Made by a program: the position numbers and the translations under genes. From contig JAWVZN010000005.1 of NCBI GenBank assembly GCA_033722155.1, positions 8,770 through 72,769 of the forward strand: a DNA stretch of 64,000 nt. The letters run 5' to 3'. The notes under the pieces were generated by a model. The model was not told the origin of the DNA. It worked only from the letters and a program-made list of their open reading frames with translations, and searched no databases. This DNA comes from Gemmatimonadota bacterium (GTDB lineage: Bacteria; Gemmatimonadota; Gemmatimonadetes; JACCXV01; JAHWKZ01). Position 1 is the stretch's first letter. Each line of letters begins with the position of its first letter. This document shows, in pieces, positions 46,453 to 56,983 of the stretch.

Positions 46453-47453
46453 AGCCCCATCCTCTCCCGGACTTCGCCCATCGTCTCCCGCGCCACCGCC
46501 GCGGCGGCCTCGCGCCCGGCGGCCAGGATCTCGCGGACCCGGTCCGGGTCCGACCGCAGCTCGGCCGCCCGTTCGCGCATCGGGCGGAGGCGCTCGATCA
46601 TGTTCTCGGCCAGCAGCATCTTGTCCTCGTGGCATCCGATCTCGGCGGCCCGACACTCCCGGTCGACCCGATCGATCGTCTCCCGTTCGCTGAAATAGTG
46701 GTGGAGGGAGAACACGTTACAGACCCACGGCCGTCCGGGGTCGCTCACCCGCTTCCGCTGCGGGTCGGTGAACGCCGTCGCCATCTTCTCGCGGATCGTC
46801 TCCGGTGAATCGAGCAGGCCGATGTGGTTCCCCCTCGACTTCGACATCTTGCTCTTGCCGTCGAGCCCCAGGATCCGCCGCGCCTTCGTCAGCACCGGCT
46901 CGGGCTCGGGGAAGGTCTCGCCGAACGCGTTGTTGAACCGCCGGGCCAGCACCCGCGTGAGCTCGATGTGCTGGACCTGGTCCTCCCCCACCGGGACCCG
47001 GTCGGCCTTGTAGAGCAGGATGTCGGCCGCCTGGAGGACGGGATACATGAGCAGCCCGGCGTCGACGGCCTCGCCGGCGCCGCCGGCCTTCTCCTTGAAC
47101 TGGGTCATCCTCCGCAGGTTCCCCAGCGGAGCGAGCGTCGTCAGGATCCACGCCAGCTCGGTGTGCTCGGGGACCTCCGACTGGATGAAGATGTGGCACT
47201 TCTCCGGATCGAGCCCGGCGGCGAGGAGCGAGATCACCGCGCCCTCCACCGCCTCCGGGAAGGCTTCCGGATCGTATTCGGTCGTGATCGCGTGATAGTC
47301 CACGATCGCGATGAAGGCCTCGTACTCCTCGGTGAGCCGGATCCAGTTCTCGATCGCCCCGAAGTAGTTGCCGATGTGGATCTCCCCGGTCGGCTGGATC
47401 CCGCTCATCACGCGGGTGCCGCCCTCCGAGCCTTCCCCCTCCCGCCCGCTCAT
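46419..47453 (-). CDS. trpS: Tryptophanyl-tRNA synthetase. Its start overlaps the S2P stop (ATGA).
   Basis: HIGNY (HIGH-like) and KMSKS motifs; 344 aa. Confidence 0.85.
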   Translation of the reverse strand: MSGREGEGSEGGTRVMSGIQPTGEIHIGNYFGAIENWIRLTEEYEAFIAIVDYHAITTEYDPEAFPEAVEGAVISLLAAGLDPEKCHIFIQSEVPEHTELAWILTTLAPLGNLRRMTQFKEKAGGAGEAVDAGLLMYPVLQAADILLYKADRVPVGEDQVQHIELTRVLARRFNNAFGETFPEPEPVLTKARRILGLDGKSKMSKSRGNHIGLLDSPETIREKMATAFTDPQRKRVSDPGRPWVCNVFSLHHYFSERETIDRVDRECRAAEIGCHEDKMLLAENMIERLRPMRERAAELRSDPDRVREILAAGREAAAAVARETMGEVRERMGLWRATRRPDTG

Positions 47454-48091
47454 ACGATCGCCGTGACGAGGTTCAAAAGCGCCCCCGTCGCCGTCCGCGC
47501 GGGTCCGAAGACGGTGCCCAGGACCCCGGGGAGGAGAAACAGCAGCGCCAGCAGGATCAGCAGCCCGTACTGCCCCATCGAGCGGTACGCGTGCGCGGCG
47601 GGAGGAGGAAGCAGGTTCGCCACCACGTGGCTCCCGTCCAGCGGCGGGATCGGCAACAGGTTGAACAGGGCCAGGATGAAGTTTAGGAAGATCCCGTAGC
47701 TGCAGAAGAGCCACACCACCCGGGGGATGTCGCCCGCGATCGTCCCGGCCACCACCATCACCCCGGCCAGGCCGAGCGCGAGCAGCACGTTCGAGGCCGG
47801 CCCCGCCAGGCTGACGGCGATGTCGCCGATCTTCCGGTCCCGGTAGTTCTCCGGTGTCACCGGCACCGGCTTCGCCCAGCCGAACAGGATCCCCGATCCG
47901 GTCAGCAGCAGGATCCCCGGCACCACGATCGAGCCGAACAGGTCGATATGGGGCAGGGGGTTCAGCGTGATCCGGCCCAGCATGCGGGCCGTGGGATCGC
48001 CCCACCACTCGGCCACGACGCCGTGGGCCACCTCGTGGACCACGACCGAGAAGAGGAGCAGCGGCAGGAGCAGCAGAAGGGACTCGAGCAT
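47450..48091 (-). CDS. Site-2 protease family (M50) zinc metalloprotease.
   Basis: HEVAHG zinc motif in TM1 and an LDG motif (NLLPIPPLDGSHV); 213 aa, polytopic. Confidence 0.75.
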   Translation of the reverse strand: MLESLLLLLPLLLFSVVVHEVAHGVVAEWWGDPTARMLGRITLNPLPHIDLFGSIVVPGILLLTGSGILFGWAKPVPVTPENYRDRKIGDIAVSLAGPASNVLLALGLAGVMVVAGTIAGDIPRVVWLFCSYGIFLNFILALFNLLPIPPLDGSHVVANLLPPPAAHAYRSMGQYGLLILLALLFLLPGVLGTVFGPARTATGALLNLVTAIV

Positions 48092-48262
48092 GGCCTCGGC
48101 TGTGCGGGACGAGCGGTGTCGATGGCGAGAGAGACGTGAAGGTAGGCCCCTTTCGCGGGCGGGTCAAAACGACGTTCTCGTTGCTGGATCCGGTCTGCGG
48201 GAGTAGCTTTCACGCTCCGATTCGCGACCATCTTCACCCATCGATCGAAGCGAGGAACGTTC

Positions 48263-48520
48263 GTGCCCAACATCAAGTCCGCCAAGAAGCGTGCCCGCCA
48301 GAACGAAGAGCGACGGGAGCGGAACCGACGCGACCGCTCGCGCATGCGGACCGCCCTCCGGAAGGTCCGCGAAGCCGAGGATCCGGAGACCGGCCGCGAG
48401 CGGATGCGGGAGGCGGAGAGCCTCCTCGACCGGCTCGCGACCAAGGGCGTGATCCACGCGAACACGGCCGCGCGCCACAAGTCGCGCCTCCGGGCCCACG
48501 TCCGTGGCCTCGAGGAGTAG
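48263..48520 (+). CDS. rpsT: 30S ribosomal protein S20. GTG start with a GAGGAA SD.
   Basis: PNIKSAKKRARQNEERRERNRRDRSRMRT...KGVIHANTAARHKSRL aligns closely with E. coli S20. Confidence 0.85.
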   Translation: MPNIKSAKKRARQNEERRERNRRDRSRMRTALRKVREAEDPETGRERMREAESLLDRLATKGVIHANTAARHKSRLRAHVRGLEE

Positions 48521-48544
48521 CAACCTCCCCCGCTCGAGCGCGCC

Positions 48545-49420
48545 TCAGAGGGCCGAAAGGGCCAGCGGGTAGGCCGCCACCCCGCACACGTCGAATCCGG
48601 TGTGCGCGCACAGCACCGGCCCCAGCGGGGCCCGACGCCACGCGGCCGCCCGATCCGGCGGGGTCGCCAGCAGGCGCTGCTCGATCCGCCTCGCGGCCTC
48701 CCTTCCCCGCACGCCGGCGTGGACGACCGCCGCCGCGAGGGGCTCGTCGGATCCGAAGCGCTCCTCCACCAGCTCGGCCATTCGCTCCACCCGGCTCGTC
48801 TCCCCGATCACCCTCTCGACGAGCTTCAGCCGGCCGTCCCGCATGGTGAGGATCGGGCGATCCTCCTGGGTGGAGGCGGACGAGGGAGGGCTCCTCTCCA
48901 GACGTCCTCCCAGGTACAGGAAGTCGAGCGTGTAGACCGAGAAGTAGACGCACGCCACGCCTGCGATCTCCTCCGTCTCCGACACCGCCTCGGGAAGCGC
49001 TCGACCGGACCGTATCCGCTCCTCCAGCTCCAGGCACAGAAGCCCCAGCGCGGGGCCCGCGAGCATCGAGTCGATCACCCGGATCCGCTCGACCTCCCCC
49101 AGCCGTCGGGCCGCCTCGCGGGCGTGCTCCACGGTGTCGCTGAGCTCTCCGGACAGATGCACCGAAACGATCCGCCGGTAGGTCCCCAGAAGCTCCCGGT
49201 ACGCCTCCTCAAACGCCTCGATCGAGGGAGGGAGGGTCGACGGCGGGGAGTTCGCCTCCTGGAGGAGCTGGTGGAAGTCGGCGGCGGAGAGCTCCGGGCC
49301 CTCCCGGTACCGCTCCCCGTCCATCTCGAGCGCTAGGGGGACGACGTGCCAGCTCGTCCGGGGACCCAGCGCGTGGATCTCCGCTGTCGAGTCCGTGACG
49401 AGGCCCACCTCCCCGCTCAC
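48545..49420 (-). CDS. DegV family fatty-acid-binding protein. Its GTG start overlaps the upstream stop (GTGA).
   Basis: VGLVTDSTAEI N-terminus and the DegV fold (IRVIDSMLAGPALG). Confidence 0.7.
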   Translation of the reverse strand: MSGEVGLVTDSTAEIHALGPRTSWHVVPLALEMDGERYREGPELSAADFHQLLQEANSPPSTLPPSIEAFEEAYRELLGTYRRIVSVHLSGELSDTVEHAREAARRLGEVERIRVIDSMLAGPALGLLCLELEERIRSGRALPEAVSETEEIAGVACVYFSVYTLDFLYLGGRLERSPPSSASTQEDRPILTMRDGRLKLVERVIGETSRVERMAELVEERFGSDEPLAAAVVHAGVRGREAARRIEQRLLATPPDRAAAWRRAPLGPVLCAHTGFDVCGVAAYPLALSAL

Positions 49421-50217
49421 GAAGCGGTCCCGTCGAGGGTCTCCCGCACGATCTCCGCGATCCGGCTCCGGAGCCGCCGCTCCTCCGGCGAGCCCGCGGC
49501 GGCCTCGCTTCGCCCGCCGCGTCCGGCGAGAGGCGCCGGATCGGTGATCGTGCACCCCGGGTTCCTCGGCCCGGAGCCGTAGGGGTCCAGAGCCATGAGG
49601 CGGTCCACCTCACCGCGGGAGAGGCGGCGCACCTCTCCGAGCTGATGGGCCACGAGGAGCGACCTCGCCGCCTGCTCGATCGACTCCATCGCGTTGACCG
49701 CTCGCTCGAGCTCGGGCCCGTAGGTGACCGCGCCGTGATTGGCGAGCAGCAGGGCGTCGTGGGCGGGCACGTAGGGGGCGATGCGCTCCGCGACCTCGGC
49801 GGTGGAGGGGGTGCCGTACGGGACGATCGGAACCATCCCCAGCGTGGCGATCACCTCCGGGACCACGCACTCGTCGAGCGGCCGTCCCGCGATCGCGAAG
49901 CCCGTGGCGGTGGGCGGGTGGGCGTGGACCACGGCCCGCACGTCGTCCCGCCGGCGATAGATCTCGAGGTGCATCTTCAGCTCACTCGAGGGCCGGCCGG
50001 CTTCGAGCGGCCTCCCTTCCAGGTCCGTCACCACGAGATCGGCGGGTTCCAGGAACCCCTTGCACGCTCCGGACGGGGTGGTGACGAGGCGACCTCCCCC
50101 GGGGCGGACGCTCACGTTGCCCTCGCTGCCGGCGACGAGACCCCGCTCGTACAGCCTGCGGCCCACGGCGACGATCTCGCGCCGGATCCGCTCCAGCCCG
50201 GGATCGGTAGGGGTCAT
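49417..50217 (-). CDS. Class II aldolase/adducin-domain protein (FucA/MtnB-like).
   Basis: SEGNVSVR...VHAHPPTATGFAIAG...LANHGAVTYG are the class II aldolase metal-binding motifs; ATGA overlap with rtcB. Confidence 0.7.
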   Translation of the reverse strand: MTPTDPGLERIRREIVAVGRRLYERGLVAGSEGNVSVRPGGGRLVTTPSGACKGFLEPADLVVTDLEGRPLEAGRPSSELKMHLEIYRRRDDVRAVVHAHPPTATGFAIAGRPLDECVVPEVIATLGMVPIVPYGTPSTAEVAERIAPYVPAHDALLLANHGAVTYGPELERAVNAMESIEQAARSLLVAHQLGEVRRLSRGEVDRLMALDPYGSGPRNPGCTITDPAPLAGRGGRSEAAAGSPEERRLRSRIAEIVRETLDGTAS

Positions 50218-51662
50218 CCCTTCACCACGCCGATCGGGCGCATCCGTGCCACCCGGCGGCTGATTCCCGCCTCCTCCATCACCTCCACCACGTCGGCCAC
50301 GTCCTTGTAGGCGTGCGCCATCTCCTCGGCGACGGTGCGCATGCCCGTCGCCCGCACGATGACGCCCTGATCCTCCATCTCCTTCAGGAGGTCCCGACCC
50401 TTCGACTCCTTCTTCGCCTTCGTCCGGCTCATGCGACGCCCCGCGCCGTGGCACGTCGAGCCGAATGTCTCCTCCATGGCGCCCGCCTCCCCGGCGCAGA
50501 TGTAGGAGTAGTTCCCCATGCTGCCGGGGATCATCACCGGCTGGCCCGTCTCCCGATAGGTGGAGGGCACCTCGTCGTGACCCGGGGGGAAGCCCCGGGT
50601 GGCGCCCTTGCGGTGGACACATACGTTGCGCTCCCCCCCGTCGACCCGATGGGTCTCGATCTTGGCGATGTTGTGGCACACGTCGTACACCAGGTTCATC
50701 CGAAGGTCACCCGGCCCCATGCCGAACACCTTCTGGAAGGTCTCGCGCGTCTTGTGGAGCATCACCTGGCGGTTGCACCAGGCGTAGTTGGCGGCGCACC
50801 GCATCGCCCCCAGGTACCCCTCCCCCTCGTCGCTGTCGATCGGGGCAGCGGCGAGCTGGACGTCGGGGAGGTCGTAGCCGTACTCGCCCAGCTTCGGCTT
50901 GATCCGCTTGATGTAGTCGTCGCAGATCTGGTAGCCGAAGCCACGGGAGCCGGAGTGGATCATGACGACCACCTGGTCCTCGAAGAGCCCGAACGCGTTC
51001 GCCACCTCCTCGTCGAAGATCTCCGAGACCCGCTGGACCTCGAGGAAGTGGTTCCCCGAACCGAGCGTACCGACCTGCGTGAGCCCGCGCTCCATGGCCC
51101 GGTCGCTCACCGCGTCGGGCTCTGCCCCGGCCATGCGGCCCCGCTCCTCGGTGTGGTCGAGGTCGGCCTCGTCGCCGAAGCCCTCCTCGATCGCCCACCG
51201 GGCCCCTTCCGTCAGCACCCTCCGCTCGTCGGAGCGGGAGAGCTTCGCGATCGCTCCCTCCGAGCCGACCCCGCTCGGTACCGCGTCGAACAGCGCGTCC
51301 ATCAGGGTCCGGCGCTTCTCCTCCCCGAGGTCGGAGGCGGAGAGCTCGCTCCGGGCGAGCCGGACGCCGCAGTTGATGTCGTAGCCCACCCCGCCGGGGC
51401 TGATCGCGCCGCTCCCCGCGTCGGTGGCCGCCACCCCGCCGATCGGGAAACCGTACCCCCAGTGGATGTCGGGCATCGCCAGCGAAGCGCCGACGATGCC
51501 GGGCAGGCAGGCGACGTTCCGCACCTGCTCGAGGCTCTCGTCGGAGCGGATGTCCTCCATCATCTCGTCGGATGCGTACACCCGGCCCGGCACCCGCATC
51601 TCGCCCCGCTTCGGGATCTCCCAGACGTACGGCTCGACCCTCTCGATCTCGATCTTCGTCAT
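50214..51662 (-). CDS. rtcB: RNA-splicing ligase RtcB (3'-phosphate/5'-hydroxyl RNA ligase).
   Basis: 482 aa; DIHWGYGFPIGG, GSGNHF, HSGSRGFG, NYAWCNRQ and HNIAKIE are RtcB active-site motifs. Confidence 0.9.
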   Translation of the reverse strand: MTKIEIERVEPYVWEIPKRGEMRVPGRVYASDEMMEDIRSDESLEQVRNVACLPGIVGASLAMPDIHWGYGFPIGGVAATDAGSGAISPGGVGYDINCGVRLARSELSASDLGEEKRRTLMDALFDAVPSGVGSEGAIAKLSRSDERRVLTEGARWAIEEGFGDEADLDHTEERGRMAGAEPDAVSDRAMERGLTQVGTLGSGNHFLEVQRVSEIFDEEVANAFGLFEDQVVVMIHSGSRGFGYQICDDYIKRIKPKLGEYGYDLPDVQLAAAPIDSDEGEGYLGAMRCAANYAWCNRQVMLHKTRETFQKVFGMGPGDLRMNLVYDVCHNIAKIETHRVDGGERNVCVHRKGATRGFPPGHDEVPSTYRETGQPVMIPGSMGNYSYICAGEAGAMEETFGSTCHGAGRRMSRTKAKKESKGRDLLKEMEDQGVIVRATGMRTVAEEMAHAYKDVADVVEVMEEAGISRRVARMRPIGVVKG

Positions 51663-51675
51663 CGTCTTCCCTCCT

Positions 51676-52107
51676 CTACACGTCGAAGATCACCCGGGCG
51701 CGCCACCCCCCGCCCTCTTCCTCGCGCTCGAAGGAGAGCTGGTGGTAGGTGACCGCCTTCAGCTCGCTCGCCGAGGCGACCCGATCGGCGGGGAGCACGA
51801 CCCCTTCGAGGCGGGCGCGGAACCGCTCCGGCTCGGTGGATTCGAACTCGCTTCCGAGCGCCACGAACCGCTCCTCCTCGAGAAGGCGGTAGATCCACTC
51901 GCACCACGCTTTCAGAAGATCGGGACGGGTGGGCTCGGAAAGTTCCACCCGGCGCTCCTCCTCGGGCTCGCCGTCGGGCTCCTCGCCCATCAGGACCCGA
52001 AGCAGGCCGCGCCGGGCGGCCTCGAGGACGGCGGCCGGGTCGGGCCCCCGGAGGTCCAGGCCGAGATCGGCCGTGTGGTCGATCTCCTCGTACGAGCCGC
52101 GCTCCAT
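51676..52107 (-). CDS. Archease, the RtcB activator.
   Basis: 143 aa with the IDHTADLGL N-terminal motif and a conserved C-terminal acidic region. Confidence 0.8.
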   Translation of the reverse strand: MERGSYEEIDHTADLGLDLRGPDPAAVLEAARRGLLRVLMGEEPDGEPEEERRVELSEPTRPDLLKAWCEWIYRLLEEERFVALGSEFESTEPERFRARLEGVVLPADRVASASELKAVTYHQLSFEREEEGGGWRARVIFDV

Positions 52108-52300
52108 CGGGTCGGAGGATAGGGGTGGCGTCTGGGCGCCGCAACACGCCTTCCCCGACGCGCGGGACTCGAATCAGGAGACGCCGGCCCGGTCGTCGCC
52201 GACGCGACGGCCCCACGTCTCCGTCTCGGTCAGGGGCGCCCCGCCCCCTCGCCATGCTCGAGGGGTCGAGGGTACCGGCGGGTCGCCTCCACCACGTCGT

Positions 52301-52966
52301 TCACCGCCCGGGCGGCGAACGTCCGTCTCGTCGGGTTTCACCCTCGTCGGTCACCACGGACTCGGTTTCCCGGAAACGGGTCCGATGCTCGCGGATCCGA
52401 TCCTCCAGCCTTCCGGCCTCGCCCTCGGCCTCCAGCACCAGATAGCAGCGGCGGGCCTGGCGGAACGCCTCGATCGCCTCGCGATCGCGGCCGCGCTCGG
52501 CGCGCATCTCGCCGATCTCGCGCCACGCTTCCGCCTCGGCCAGGGGTATCTTGCCGTCCCTGCTCATCTCGAGCGTCCGGTCCAGATGGCGCTCCGCCTC
52601 CCGCCAGCGACCGGCCGAGCGCGCGATCGAGCCCATCAGCAGCAGGGCGTCGGCGCATATCGGTCCGTGGTCCAACCTCCGGGCGAACGTCGCCGCGGTG
52701 GAGGCGAGGGCGTGGGCCCGGAGCGGCTCGTCCATGGACAAGGCCAGCTTTCCGAAGTTGATCATCACGGTCGCGGCCTGGTGCATGTCCCCGAGGCGCT
52801 TGCACTCCTCGAGGGCCCGCCCGTAGGCGGCCTCGGCCGCTTCGTTACGTCCCTCACCGGCGTAGATCATCCCGAGATCGGTGAGCGCGCGGGCCCCGCA
52901 GGGATCCCGGCTCCCCTCCTCGCCCCGCACGTCCCACGGGGCGCCCTCGTCGTTCTCGATCTCCAT
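52301..52966 (-). CDS. Tetratricopeptide-repeat protein.
   Basis: Several TPR-like helical hairpins (AEAAYGRALEECKRLGDMHQAATVMINFGKLA ...). Confidence 0.45.
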   Translation of the reverse strand: MEIENDEGAPWDVRGEEGSRDPCGARALTDLGMIYAGEGRNEAAEAAYGRALEECKRLGDMHQAATVMINFGKLALSMDEPLRAHALASTAATFARRLDHGPICADALLLMGSIARSAGRWREAERHLDRTLEMSRDGKIPLAEAEAWREIGEMRAERGRDREAIEAFRQARRCYLVLEAEGEAGRLEDRIREHRTRFRETESVVTDEGETRRDGRSPPGR

Positions 52967-53018
52967 CAGGGGCGAGACGGTCCCGCGGATCTCGAACTCG
53001 TGGCTCGAGGAGCGACCC

Positions 53019-53570
53019 TCAGCGCAGGCAGAGCGAGTAGCGGGAAAAGTGGCGGATGTCGACGGTCACGGTGTTCGTGGCGGAGTCGTACGTCCCCCCG
53101 ATCACCTGCCAGTCGTCGGCGTCGTCGGACGCGCCGGCGATCGCGAGATCGCTCCCGTCGATCCGGTCCAGGTTCGCCTTGTCCGCCGAGATCTCGAGGG
53201 TGGCGGCTGGATCGAACTGGAGGCCGTTCGGACCGAACGCGAAGGCGAGGAGACCATCGCCCTCCGCCTTCATCGTGATCGTCGTGTCCTCCGGGATCGA
53301 GCCCGGCGCGATGGTCAGCGCGGCGTCGTCGTTCGTGATCGTGGCGCCGTCCCGGGCGCTCACGCGCTCGGCGGTGGCGCCGTTGGATGCGAGGAAGATC
53401 CCCCGCGCTTCCGGCTTCACCTTCACGAGCTGAACGCCGTTGACGGTGACCGCCGGAACGTCCGCGTCTCGGTTGGGGGTGAGCGGGCCGTCTGCCGTCT
53501 CGCACGCTGCCAAGCCCAGGACGACCACGGCCAGGAGCGCCCGGCGGAAGGGCTTCCAGAGGTGCGGCAT
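53019..53570 (-). CDS. Hypothetical lipoprotein, the first gene after the sigma-54 promoter.
   Basis: Signal plus lipobox VVLGLAAC; a GGAGG SD lies 6 nt upstream. Confidence 0.5.
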   Translation of the reverse strand: MPHLWKPFRRALLAVVVLGLAACETADGPLTPNRDADVPAVTVNGVQLVKVKPEARGIFLASNGATAERVSARDGATITNDDAALTIAPGSIPEDTTITMKAEGDGLLAFAFGPNGLQFDPAATLEISADKANLDRIDGSDLAIAGASDDADDWQVIGGTYDSATNTVTVDIRHFSRYSLCLR

Positions 53571-53768
53571 GGCGACCTCCTCAGGTGGCTGCCTGCCCCG
53601 GTCCGCGAGGCGGCTCGGGGCCGATTCGTCTCGGGTGGCTCCGGCCGTCCGCTGGTGACCCAGAGAGGACCCGGTGGCTTTGCGTCCCCCGCTCTCACGG
53701 GGTTTGCCCTTTTCCGAGGACGTCCGTCGAGTTTTTCGCGATCCCTGGCGGGATCGGCCGCAATCGTG

Positions 53769-53784
53769 TGCAAGCCCCGTACCA
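53769..53784 (-). promoter_or_regulatory. Sigma-54 (RpoN) -24/-12 promoter, TGGTACG-GGGC-TTGCA, reading toward 53570.
   Basis: Minus-strand CGGCTGGTACGGGGCTTGCACAC matches TGGCACG-N4-TTGCW at 15 of 16 positions with exact GG/GC spacing. It lies ~190 nt upstream of the lipoprotein start codon. Confidence 0.6.
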
Positions 53785-53876
53785 GCCGTCGACCATTTAC
53801 ATGGTATCCATTGCGCTGCAAGGGGTTGCTGCCGAACGGGCGAACCGGAGAAAACCCGTTCCCGGCTTCAACAGTC

Positions 53877-53903
53877 ACGAAACGTTGTAACGAAATATTC
53901 TAT
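53877..53903. promoter_or_regulatory. Candidate enhancer (UAS) for the sigma-54 activator, ACGAAACGTTGTAACGAAAT, ~100-130 nt upstream of the sigma-54 promoter.
   Basis: A related site occurs at 55331-55358 (ACGAAACGTTATACC-ATTTCGTTACA). The two sites share a 10-mer and an 11-mer. Confidence 0.35.
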
Positions 53904-53939
53904 TTGTGCAGAACCTTCCGGAAGAATCCGGAGAGGGCT

Positions 53940-55328
<1,389 letters not shown>

Positions 55329-55330
55329 CC

Positions 55331-55358
55331 GTATTCGACGAAACGTTATACCATTTCG
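55331..55358. promoter_or_regulatory. Second copy of the ACGAAA/TTTCGT repeat element, in the 41-nt gap between hyuB and the activator gene.
   Basis: ACGAAACGTTATACCATTTCGTTACA is an inverted repeat of ACGAAA-N10-TTTCGT. Confidence 0.3.
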
Positions 55359-55369
55359 TTACACTCGGG

Positions 55370-56983
55370 TCAAGATCGGGGGTCGCCTTCCGCCTCCGCC
55401 TCGCCCCATCCGCCCCCACCCGGCGTCTCCACGATCAGCCGGTCGCCCGGCTTGAGCCGGAACGCCGACTTCGCCGGCACCGACTCGGCATCCCCGCCGG
55501 CGCGGACCACGCGGTTGACGCCCGGGCGCCCGTCCTCTCCGCCACCCAGCCCCCACGGCCCCCGCTCCCTTCTCTCCGAGAGGATCGTCACCTCGACGGG
55601 GGCCAGCGCCTCGATCTCGCGCACCAGGCCGTCCCCGCCGGGGTGACGTCCCGCCCCCCCGCTTCCGCCGCGGTACCGGTAGCGCGCCACCCGGACCGGA
55701 AGCGATCGTTCGAGCGCCTCGATCGGAGTGTTCAGGCTGTTCGTCATGTGGGTGTGCACGCCCGGCGCCCCCGGACCCTCGGGGTGGCCGCCAGCGCCAC
55801 CGGCGACGGTCTCGTAGTAGGTGAACGGCCGTCCGTCCCCCCGCTCTCCTCCCAGCGTGACGTTGTTCATCGTCCCCTGGCTCGCGGCGGGCGTTCGGTC
55901 CGGAAGCGCCCCCGACAACGCCCCCAGAAGGGCGTCCACCACCCGCTGGCTCGTCTCGACGTTTCCCGCGGCGACCGGCGACCCCCATGGCGGATCGAGG
56001 AGCGAGCCCTCGGGGATCGCGATCTCGACGGGGTCGAGGATGCCGTCGTTCGCCGGAGCGTCCTCGTCGAGGAACGCGCGGATCACGTAGAAGACGGCGC
56101 TCCTCACGACGGCGGGGTTGGCGTTGAGCGGACCTCCGGAGGCCCGGGCCGTCCCGTCGAAATCGATCCGCGCCTCCCCGCCCGAGACCTCGATCTCCAC
56201 GGCGATCCTGAGATCCCTGGCCCCCTTGCCGTCACCGTCGAGCGCGTCCTCGAAGGAGTAGCGGCCGTCGGGGACCGAGCCGAGGAGTTCCCCGACGAGA
56301 CGCGCCGAATGGGCGAGCAGCTTCGCCCCCATGGCGTCCACCCGCTCCCGGCCGTACCGCTCCACCATCGCCCGCAGGCGCCGCTCCCCGGTGGCCAGGC
56401 TGGCGAGCTGGGCGGCCAGATCCCCCTCGCGCTCCTCCGGGGTCCGCACGTTCGCCAGCACGTGCCGCCACACCGGCTCGACCCTGTCGCCACCGGCCAT
56501 CAGGCGGAGCGGCGGCAGCACGACCCCCTCCTCGTACACGTCCTCCGTCAGCGGCATCGACCCCGCCGAGCGCCCGCCGACATCGGCGTGGTGGGCCCGG
56601 TTGGCGAGCCGGTAGGCGGGCGGCCCTCCCTTCCCGTCCAGCCACACCCCCTGCACCAGCGTGAGGTCGGGCAGATGGGTTCCGCCGGCGCTCGGGTCGT
56701 TGACGATCGCGACGTCGCCCGGTCCCGGCTCGAGCGCCTCGCGCACCGCCCCCACCGACAGCGGCATCGATCCGAGGTGGACCGGCATGTGGTCGCCCAT
56801 GGCCACGGTCCGGCCGTCGGCGGAGTAGAGCGCGCACGAGTAGTCGCGCCGCTCCACGATGTTCGGCGAGTGGGCGGTCCGCTGAAGCACCGCCCCCATC
56901 TCCTCGGTGAGGGCGACGAAGAGGTCTCGGAAGACGCCCAGATCGAGGGGGAGCGATCCCCCGGGGGCCTCCGGCGGCGTCAC
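55370..56983 (-). CDS. hyuB: Hydantoinase B / 5-oxoprolinase family protein (HyuB). Its GTG start overlaps the hyuA stop (GTGA).
   Basis: 537 aa; the hydantoinase_B family with conserved DLGVFRDLFVALTEEMG N-terminus. Confidence 0.85.
   Translation of the reverse strand: MTPPEAPGGSLPLDLGVFRDLFVALTEEMGAVLQRTAHSPNIVERRDYSCALYSADGRTVAMGDHMPVHLGSMPLSVGAVREALEPGPGDVAIVNDPSAGGTHLPDLTLVQGVWLDGKGGPPAYRLANRAHHADVGGRSAGSMPLTEDVYEEGVVLPPLRLMAGGDRVEPVWRHVLANVRTPEEREGDLAAQLASLATGERRLRAMVERYGRERVDAMGAKLLAHSARLVGELLGSVPDGRYSFEDALDGDGKGARDLRIAVEIEVSGGEARIDFDGTARASGGPLNANPAVVRSAVFYVIRAFLDEDAPANDGILDPVEIAIPEGSLLDPPWGSPVAAGNVETSQRVVDALLGALSGALPDRTPAASQGTMNNVTLGGERGDGRPFTYYETVAGGAGGHPEGPGAPGVHTHMTNSLNTPIEALERSLPVRVARYRYRGGSGGAGRHPGGDGLVREIEALAPVEVTILSERRERGPWGLGGGEDGRPGVNRVVRAGGDAESVPAKSAFRLKPGDRLIVETPGGGGWGEAEAEGDPRS

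Noticed and set aside
48521-48544. The 10-nt perfect palindrome CGCTCGAGCG between the convergent rpsT and degV genes, considered as a bidirectional terminator.
   Set aside because: A perfect palindrome without a loop can only form a 3-4 bp stem. There is no U-tract on either strand.
52141-52156. A weak sigma-54-like match, GGGAAGGCGTGTTGC, upstream of archease.
   Set aside because: Only the GG/GC spacing fits and the TGGCAC core is absent. It is much poorer than the site at 53769-53784.
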